64,000 bases of DNA from an uncultured bacterium (lineage in GTDB: Bacteria; Acidobacteriota; Aminicenantia; Aminicenantales; Saccharicenantaceae), in assembly GCA_963827635.1 (NCBI GenBank), contig CAWHBV010000001.1, forward strand, positions 37,737-101,736, read 5' to 3'. The translations under genes were made by a program, and so were the position numbers. Below the pieces are notes generated by a model that was not told where the DNA came from, made no database searches, and saw only the letters and a list, made by a program, of their open reading frames with translations. Positions 56,787 to 64,000 of this stretch are shown here, one piece after another (position 1 is the first letter of the stretch; each line of letters opens with the position of its first letter).

Positions 56787-56997
56787 ACAGGACATGTTCG
56801 AGGCCGAGGGCGTCGTGCTGGAGACGCTGCCCAACGCCATGTTCCGGGTCGAGCTCTCGAACAAGCACGTCATCCTGGCCCACATCTCGGGCAAGATGCG
56901 CAAGCACTTCATCCGCATCCTGCCCGGCGACCGGGTCCTGCTGGAGCTGTCGCCCTACGACCTGACCAAGGGCCGGATCACCTATCGATTCAAATAA
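56779..56997 (+). CDS. infA: Translation initiation factor IF-1
   Basis: '...[43 protein letters not shown]...'. Confidence 0.95.
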   Translation: MPRQDMFEAEGVVLETLPNAMFRVELSNKHVILAHISGKMRKHFIRILPGDRVLLELSPYDLTKGRITYRFK

Positions 56998-57008
56998 AGG
57001 ACGGGACG

Positions 57009-57122
57009 ATGAAAGTCAAAGCATCCGTGAAGAAGATCTGCCGGAACTGCAAGATCGTCCGGCGCAAGGGCGTGGTGCGGGTCATCTGTGCCAACCCCAA
57101 GCATAAGCAAAGACAGGGATAA
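57009..57122 (+). CDS. rpmJ: 50S ribosomal protein L36
   Basis: A 37-aa '[37 protein letters not shown]', found by manual translation. It is below the ORF-track cutoff. Confidence 0.9.
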   Translation: MKVKASVKKICRNCKIVRRKGVVRVICANPKHKQRQG

Positions 57123-57133
57123 GCGAGGTATCC

Positions 57134-57515
57134 ATGGCAAGAATCGCAGGCATCACCATCCCGCCGGACAAGCGGATCGAGATCGGCCTGACCTACATCT
57201 ACGGGATCGGCCGGTCCAAGAGCCTCAAGATCCTCGAAGAGGCCAAGATCGACAAGAACAAGAAGGTCAAGGCGCTCAGCCGAGGACGAGGTCAACAAGA
57301 TCCGCCAGATCATCGAGAAGCGGGAGAAGATCGAGGGCGACCTCCGCAAAGAGGTCACCATGAACATCAAGAGGCTGGTGGACATCGGCTGCTACCGGGG
57401 CCTCCGCCACAAGAAGAAACTGCCCGTCCGGGGCCAGCGCACCAAGACCAACGCCCGGACCCGCAAGGGCGTCCGCGGCCAGCGGATCAAGAAGACCAAA
57501 GAGACGAAGAAGTAA
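57134..57515 (+). CDS. rpsM: 30S ribosomal protein S13, with a 1-nt insertion frameshift near 57281
   Basis: The N-terminus is '[49 protein letters not shown]'. The rest is '...[63 protein letters not shown]...' in the +1 frame. Confidence 0.92.
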
Positions 57516-57530
57516 GGAGGGCCATCGCAC

Positions 57531-57920
57531 ATGCCGCCTAAAACCAGCGCCAAGAAGAAGAAGGCACGCAAGGAGATCGGATACGGGGTGGCCCACATCC
57601 AATCCACCTTCAACAACACGATCATCACCATCACCGACCACGTCGGCGCGGCCGTCGTCTGGGCCAGCGCCGGGACGTCCGGGTTCAAGGGCGCCCGCAA
57701 GGGCACGCCGTTCGCCGCCCAGCTCGCGGCCAAGGACGCCGCGACCAAGGCCCGGGAGTTCGGCGTCCGCTACGTCGACGTCCGGCTCAAGGGGCCGGGC
57801 GCGGGACGCGAGTCGTCCATCCGGGCCATGCAGGCCGCCGGCATCGAGATCAAGTCCATCAAGGACGTGACGCCGATCCCCCACAACGGCTGCCGCGTCC
57901 GCCGCCGCCGGCGGGTCTGA
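57531..57920 (+). CDS. rpsK: 30S ribosomal protein S11
   Basis: '...[30 protein letters not shown]...'. Confidence 0.95.
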   Translation: MPPKTSAKKKKARKEIGYGVAHIQSTFNNTIITITDHVGAAVVWASAGTSGFKGARKGTPFAAQLAAKDAATKAREFGVRYVDVRLKGPGAGRESSIRAMQAAGIEIKSIKDVTPIPHNGCRVRRRRRV

Positions 57921-57938
57921 GGGCCGAAGGAGAGCACC

Positions 57939-58565
57939 ATGGCGAAATACCAAGGAGCCGATTGCCGGCTTTGCCGCGTCGAGAAGAACAAGCTGTATTT
58001 CAAGGGCCACAAGTGCCTGACCGACAAGTGCCCCCTCGAACGGAGGGCCTACGCGCCGGGCCAGCACGGCCGGTCGCGCAAGCGGGTGCTGGGCTACGCC
58101 ATCCAGCTCCGGGAGAAGCAGAAGCTGAAAAGGTTCTACGGCATGTCCGAGGAGCAGTTCCACTTCTTCTTCGAGCGGGCCGAGCGCCAGAAGGGCGTCA
58201 CGGGCGAGAACCTGCTGACCATGCTCGAGCGGCGCCTCGACAACGTCGTCACCCTGATGGGCTTCGCGCTGTCCCGGGGCCACGCCCGCCAGCTCATCGG
58301 CCACGGCCACTTCCGGATGAACGACCACAAGTCCGACATCGCCTCCGCCCTGGTCAAACCGGGCGACGTCATCGCCTTCCGGCCGCGCTCGGCCAAGAGC
58401 GAGGACATCCAGGCCGTGGTCGCCTCGAACCGGTCCAAGAACGTTCCCGGCTGGCTCGAGGTCGATTGGGAGAACCTGAAGGGCCGGGTCCTCGCGCTGC
58501 CGACGCGCCAGGACGTCACCCTTCCCGTCGAGGAACACCTGGTCGTCGAGCTGTACTCCAAGTAA
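57939..58565 (+). CDS. rpsD: 30S ribosomal protein S4 (with the N-terminal Zn-finger-like CxxC..C..C)
   Basis: '[32 protein letters not shown]...' with the S4 domain at the C-terminus. Confidence 0.93.
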   Translation: MAKYQGADCRLCRVEKNKLYFKGHKCLTDKCPLERRAYAPGQHGRSRKRVLGYAIQLREKQKLKRFYGMSEEQFHFFFERAERQKGVTGENLLTMLERRLDNVVTLMGFALSRGHARQLIGHGHFRMNDHKSDIASALVKPGDVIAFRPRSAKSEDIQAVVASNRSKNVPGWLEVDWENLKGRVLALPTRQDVTLPVEEHLVVELYSK

Positions 58566-58579
58566 GCATAGGAGGACCC

Positions 58580-59607
<1,028 letters not shown>

Positions 59608-59611
<4 letters not shown>

Positions 59612-60024
59612 GGCATCAGGTCAAGAAGGGAATGCTCGGAAGGAACACGGCCCACCGCCGCGCCCTCATGCGCAACCTCGTGACGTCCTTCCTCGAGCGG
59701 GAGAGGGTGCGGACGACCCTGGCCAAGGCCCGGTCGGTCCGGCCGGTCGCCGAGAAGCTGATCACGCTGGGCAAGCGCGGGACGCTCCACGCCCGCCGCC
59801 AGGCCCTGGCCTACGTGACCAAGGAAGCGGCGGTCAAGAAGCTCTTCGACGACATCGGGCCCCGCTTCAAGGAGCGCCACGGCGGCTACACCCGCATCGT
59901 CAAGCTCGACCGCCGGGCCGGCGACGGCGCCTCGATGGCCATGATCGAGCTCGTCGGCTCGGAGTTCAAGGCCAAGGTCAAGAAGAAAAAGGACGCCAAG
60001 AAGCCGGCCCCCGCCGCGAAGTAA
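59608..60024 (+). CDS. rplQ: 50S ribosomal protein L17
   Basis: '[28 protein letters not shown]...' with a Lys-rich tail. Confidence 0.93.
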
Positions 60025-60043
60025 AACTGTCGAACGCTGGAAA

Positions 60044-60072
60044 GGCCCGACGCCCGTCGGGCCTTTTTTTTT
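60044..60072 (+). terminator. Rho-independent terminator at the end of the ribosomal superoperon
   Basis: GGCCCGACG-cc-CGTCGGGCC gives a 9-bp perfect stem. It is followed by TTTTTTTTT. Confidence 0.75.
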
Positions 60073-60075
60073 GTT

Positions 60076-60985
60076 TTATTTCGGGCGGCGCGCGCCCTGG
60101 TAGATCCTCGTCCAGCGCTCCTCGGCCAGGCGGTCGATCTGGACGATCGGCGCGCCGCTCGTCGTCGCGTTGATGAAGTTCCCGTCCTCGATCATCATCC
60201 CGACGTGGCTGATGCGGTCGAGGGCGCGGCCGAAGAAGACGAGGTCGCCGGGCTTCTCCTGGCCCTTGGGGACCTCGACGAGGCCGCTCGCGGTCATCTG
60301 GATGCCGGCGTCCCGCAGGATCGGGATGCCGCTCATCCTGTAGACGAGCTGGGCGAAGCCGGAGCAGTCGAGGCCGAGCGGGGACATGCCGCCCCAGGTA
60401 TAGGGCAGGCCGATGAAGCGCTTGGACAGGGCGATCATGTCCTCGACCGGGCGCCGCGGCCAGGACCAGGGCGCTTCGCGGAGGTCGCCGTCGCCCTTCT
60501 GGACCCAGGCCCGCGTGTTGCAGGGCAGGTTCACTTCGAGCCAGCGCTCGCCCTTTTCCCCGACGACCTCGAGAACGGTGCCGATGGGGGCCACCTTCAC
60601 GGGTTTGTGCTTGGTGACGTCGGGCTCGCGGTAGGTATTGGCGAGAAGCGACGAGACGACGAAGACCTTGCCGGCGGCGGCGTAGGGCTTCGCGTCCCGG
60701 CCCGAGAAACCTCAGGGACGAGGCCGGGACCCAGCCCTCGTAGGTGTCGGGCGTCGCGATCCGGCGCCAGTCCTCGCCGGCCGGGTTTTTCTCCGTCTTC
60801 AGGACCTTGACGTTGTCGCCGAGCAGGGCCTGGCTGACGACGTCGGTCTCGGCCGACGGGCCGCTGTGCATGTTCTCGACGGTATTGACGACCACGGCTG
60901 CGGCCGGGGACTCGGGCTGCTGGGCGGCGCAGGCGAGGGCGGGGGAGAGGGCGATCAGGATCGCGGCGATCAGGGTCTTGGCCAT
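60076..60985 (-). CDS. NlpC/P60 (C40) peptidoglycan endopeptidase with a signal peptide and two SH3b-like domains, and a 1-nt insertion frameshift near 60708
   Basis: The N-terminus is 'MAKTLIAAILIALSPALACAAQ' followed by '...GWVPASSL'. The C-terminal frame carries the catalytic 'GLDCSGFAQLVYR...HVGMMIEDGNFINATTSGAPI', a Cys/His NlpC/P60 signature. Confidence 0.75.
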
Positions 60986-61114
60986 TGGGAAACCTCCACG
61001 CGGATCTTCGAAGGACTATCATAAGCCCTCTCATTCGGGGACTCAATACAATTTTCGCAAATTGTGTTGTGTCCCCGATTTTGCGGAATTATAATGCCGG
61101 GGAGAGGTGCCGAC

Positions 61115-62239
61115 ATGGAACGCAAGGAATTCCTCAAGCTCGCCGGAGCGGCCGCGGCCGGCTCGCTGCTGGCCCGGTGTTCGCCCGCCCCCGAGGCCTG
61201 GAACGGCGCGGCGGGCGACACGCGGATCACGGTCAAGATCTTCGAGCTCAAGCTCAAGCAGGCCTGGGGCCTGTCGCGGGGGACCTGGACGACGCGGCGG
61301 AACGCCTTCGTCCGGATCGAGAGGGACGGGATCGTCGGCCTGGGAGAGGCCGCGCCCATCGCCCGCTACAGCGAGACGGCGGAGTCGGCGGCGGCCTTCA
61401 TCGAGAAGGCGAAGCCCATCCTCCTCAAGGACCTCCGGGAATACGCCGTCCGGTTCGGCGAGATCGAAGCCCTCGGCCCGGGGGAACACGCGGCCAAGGC
61501 GGCCATGGACATGGCCATCCTCGACTGGGTCGGCCGCAAGCTCGGGGAACCCGTCTGGCGGCTCCTCGGCCTGGGCCGGGACAAGGTCGTGACCACGACC
61601 TATTCCATCGGCATCGACGAGGTGCCGGTGATGCAGCAGAAGCTCCGCGACGCGCCCGATTTCGGCGTCTACAAGATCAAGGTCGGGACGCCCGACGACC
61701 GCAAGATCATCGAGGGCATCCGGGCCGTCACCGACAAGCCCCTGATCACCGACGCCAACGAGGGCTGGAAAACCAAGGAAGAGGCCCTGGAGATGATCGA
61801 CTGGATGGCCGGCCAGGGCGTCGAGCTCGTCGAGCAGCCCCTGCCGGCCGACCGGCTGGAGGACCAGGGCTGGCTCAAGGAGCGGGTCAAGATCCCCATC
61901 TTCGCCGACGAGTGCCTCATCCGGCCGTCCGATCTGCCCCGGATCGCGCCGTACTTCCACGGCGTCAACGTCAAGGTCATGAAGTGCGGCGGGCTCCAGG
62001 AGGCCGTGCGCCTGGCCGGCATGGCCCGGGCCCTGGACTTGAAGCTGATGATCGGCTGCATGATCGAGAGCTCGCTCGGCATCTCGGCCGCGGCGGCCGT
62101 GGCCTCGCTCTTCGACCGGGCCGACCTCGACGGGAACATCCTCATCTCGAACGATCCGTTCCAAGGCGTCAAGACGGTCAAGGACGTGCTCGCCCTCGGC
62201 GACGGGCCGGGGCTCGGCGTCACGGGAGACCTGCCTTAG
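61115..62239 (+). CDS. Enolase-superfamily dipeptide epimerase (L-Ala-D/L-Glu epimerase-like, MLE subgroup) with an N-terminal signal peptide
   Basis: 'MERKEFLKLAGAAAAGSLLA' is signal-like. 'YKIKVG', 'DANEGW' and 'EQPL' place metal ligands in an MR/MLE-like spacing. The C-terminal 'GCMIESSLGISAAAAVAS' also fits. Confidence 0.6.
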   Translation: MERKEFLKLAGAAAAGSLLARCSPAPEAWNGAAGDTRITVKIFELKLKQAWGLSRGTWTTRRNAFVRIERDGIVGLGEAAPIARYSETAESAAAFIEKAKPILLKDLREYAVRFGEIEALGPGEHAAKAAMDMAILDWVGRKLGEPVWRLLGLGRDKVVTTTYSIGIDEVPVMQQKLRDAPDFGVYKIKVGTPDDRKIIEGIRAVTDKPLITDANEGWKTKEEALEMIDWMAGQGVELVEQPLPADRLEDQGWLKERVKIPIFADECLIRPSDLPRIAPYFHGVNVKVMKCGGLQEAVRLAGMARALDLKLMIGCMIESSLGISAAAAVASLFDRADLDGNILISNDPFQGVKTVKDVLALGDGPGLGVTGDLP

Positions 62240-62270
62240 GGATCCACGGGATGGCCGCCGGCGGCGGGAC

Positions 62271-63908
62271 CTAGGAGGTCTTGCCGACCTGGATGACGAG
62301 CTTCTGGCCGACGGAGAGGATGTCCGAGGAGAGGGAGTTCGCGGCCTTGATGGCCTCGACCGTCGTCCGGTGGTTCTTGGCGATCTGGAAGAGATTGTCC
62401 CCGTTGCGCACGGTGTAGGTGACCGTCTCGCCCGACTTGGCGGCCGGGGCGGCGGCCGGTGCCGCCTCGACGCCGCCGCGCGAGGGGACGCGCAGGACCT
62501 GCCCGACCCGGATGAGGTTGCTGCGGAGCCCGTTCAGGCGCTTGATGGCGTCGACCGAGGTCCGGTAACGGCGGGCGATCGCGCCCAGGGTGTCGCCCGA
62601 GCGGACGGTGTGCCGGTCGGTGACGACGTCGGGCGGGATGTACTGGGGGAGCGAGGCGATGCAGGCCAGGCACTCGTCCCCGTAGCCGGCCGGGACGCGC
62701 AGGTCGTAGGGGTAATTCGGCGTCGAATCGTGCCGGAGCTCGGAATTGAGGCCGACCAGGACGGCCTGATCGAGGCCCAGGTTCTGCGACAGCGTGGCCA
62801 GCTTGACCGCGGCGTTGACCCGGACGGTGTCGAACCGGACCGGGGGATCGGGCGTCGGGAGCTGGAAGCCGTACTTGGCCGGATCGCCGACGATGAGCAG
62901 CGTCGCGATGAACCGGGGCACGTGCCGGGCCGTCTCGAAGGGCAGGTTGGCGAAGATGTCCCAGAAGCTGTCGAAGTAGTCGACCTTCTGGGCCCGGATG
63001 ACCCTCTGGACCTGGCCTTCGCCGCAGTTGTACGCGGCGATGGCCGTCGTCCAGTCCCCGAACATGTCGTGGAGCTCCATCATGTACTGGATGGCCGCCC
63101 GCGTGGACTTGGCCGGGTCCATGCGCTCGTCGACGTACTTGTCCTGCTTCAGCCCGTAGCGGTAGCCCGTCGAGCGGACGAACTGCCACATGCCCAGGGC
63201 CCGGGCCCGGGACAGGGCCCGCGGCTTGAACGCGCTCTCGATGACGGGGATCCAGGCCAGCTGTTCGGGCAGGCCCTCCTTGCGGAGCTCGGCCAGGATC
63301 ATGTCCATGTACTGGCCCGACCGGCGGTAGGAATCCTCGAAGCCCCGCCTCTCCACGGTCTGGAACGACTTGATCTCCCTCGCGACCCACTGGTTCTCGA
63401 CGAGGGGGATGGAGCCGTTGACCGACGAAGCCAGGGTCGTCCGGAAAGCGGAGATCTTCTGGATGCGCTGGGCGACGAGGAGGCGGAGGTCGTTCTTTTC
63501 CTGGAAGAGGGGGGAATCGGCCGGGATGGCCATCCGGATCAGGAGGCCGTAGGCCTCGTCGAGCTTGGCCAGGGCCCCTTCCGTGTCCTCGCGTTCCAGG
63601 GCTGCCTGGGCTTCCTCGTAGGCGGCGAAGGCATCCTCGAGAAGCGCGGCGGGGTCCTTCTTGGACGTTTCGGCGCCCGAAGGCTGGACCTGATCGTCCC
63701 GGAAGGATTTCTGGTCAAGTTGTTGATTTTCTGTCTTTTCCGGGGCCGCCGCCTCGGCGGCCGGAGTTTCTTCCGCGGCGACCGGAGGTGCCTGGACGGC
63801 CGGCCCGGGCGCGGTCTTGACCGCTTTCGGCCCGGACGAACAGGCGGCCAGGAGGAAGAAAAGGGAAAGGAGGGGGAGGGTCAGGTAAGGGTGTCGTTCA
63901 CGCTTCAT
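62271..63908 (-). CDS. mltD: Membrane-bound lytic murein transglycosylase D-like lipoprotein (SLT domain plus 2 LysM)
   Basis: The lipoprotein signal is 'LFFLLAACSSG'. The SLT catalytic region is 'IESAFKPRALSRARALGMWQFVRSTG'. Two C-terminal LysM repeats read 'HTVRSGDTLGAIARRY' and 'YTVRNGDNLFQIAKNH'. Confidence 0.8.
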   Translation of the reverse strand: MKRERHPYLTLPLLSLFFLLAACSSGPKAVKTAPGPAVQAPPVAAEETPAAEAAAPEKTENQQLDQKSFRDDQVQPSGAETSKKDPAALLEDAFAAYEEAQAALEREDTEGALAKLDEAYGLLIRMAIPADSPLFQEKNDLRLLVAQRIQKISAFRTTLASSVNGSIPLVENQWVAREIKSFQTVERRGFEDSYRRSGQYMDMILAELRKEGLPEQLAWIPVIESAFKPRALSRARALGMWQFVRSTGYRYGLKQDKYVDERMDPAKSTRAAIQYMMELHDMFGDWTTAIAAYNCGEGQVQRVIRAQKVDYFDSFWDIFANLPFETARHVPRFIATLLIVGDPAKYGFQLPTPDPPVRFDTVRVNAAVKLATLSQNLGLDQAVLVGLNSELRHDSTPNYPYDLRVPAGYGDECLACIASLPQYIPPDVVTDRHTVRSGDTLGAIARRYRTSVDAIKRLNGLRSNLIRVGQVLRVPSRGGVEAAPAAAPAAKSGETVTYTVRNGDNLFQIAKNHRTTVEAIKAANSLSSDILSVGQKLVIQVGKTS

Positions 63909-64000
63909 TTCGAAAGTTATTTATACCACAGAGGATGCGGACCGTCAACCGGGGAGCCTGAAAAACCGCGATTAACCGGCTTTCCGGTGCCAGTTCCAGG

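Overview
This is a very GC-rich bacterial chromosomal segment dominated by core housekeeping genes. I found no transposase, integrase, CRISPR array or recognisable defence system.

**Gene content, in order:**
- 1..1708: the 3' part of a RecD2-type helicase, cut off at the window edge.
- 1773..13989: a coherent oxidative-stress and Fe-S island. It holds rubredoxin, rubredoxin reductase, a signal-peptide outer-membrane beta-barrel protein, purA, alr, a DUF1858/DUF438 hemerythrin-PAS protein, a NifU-like protein, a NifS/IscS-like protein, an IscU with a C-terminal zinc-ribbon tail, nadA, rubrerythrin, a ferritin-like protein, nth and an AmmeMemoRadiSam-type radical SAM protein.
- 14046..20184: a secreted TPR/thioredoxin-like CPPC protein, then archease + RtcB, a convergent tandem NTF2/DUF4440-like secreted protein, and PolX on the minus strand.
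- 20295..21799: a tandem-domain ThyX-like gene.
- 21793..22887: a minus-strand membrane protein of unknown function.
- 22908..28064: a minus-strand purN-purL-purQ-purS-purB cluster.
- 28320..28971: tRNA-Thr(UGU), Tyr(GUA), Gly(UCC) and Thr(GGU), then rpmG and tRNA-Trp.
- 29042..60024: a fully contiguous secE-nusG-rplKAJL-rpoBC-rpsLG-fusA-tuf-S10-spc-alpha ribosomal superoperon ending in rplQ and a strong intrinsic terminator.
- 60076..63908: a peptidoglycan-turnover trio: an NlpC/P60 endopeptidase, a signal-peptide L-Ala-D/L-Glu epimerase and an MltD-like lytic transglycosylase.

**Main caveat.** About 25 single-nucleotide indel frameshifts interrupt otherwise well-conserved genes, including rpoB, rpoC, tuf, secY, adk, rplB and rpsM. 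Most sit in short homopolymer runs. I read this as sequence or assembly error (long-read-like homopolymer noise), not biology. Every CDS boundary here should be treated with that in mind.

**Most interesting biological signals:**
- a roughly 60-aa double Cys4 zinc-ribbon insertion in the N-terminal part of RpoB;
- zinc-ribbon C-terminal variants of IscU and ribosomal protein L24;
- an IscS-like protein whose PLP-binding His-Lys dyad reads Asp-Gln;
- an EF-Tu whose switch-I effector region diverges from the near-universal consensus;
- a tandem ThyX-like gene;
- the clustering of O2-detoxification and Fe-S assembly or repair genes around nadA.

I did not find a clear novel multi-gene system.
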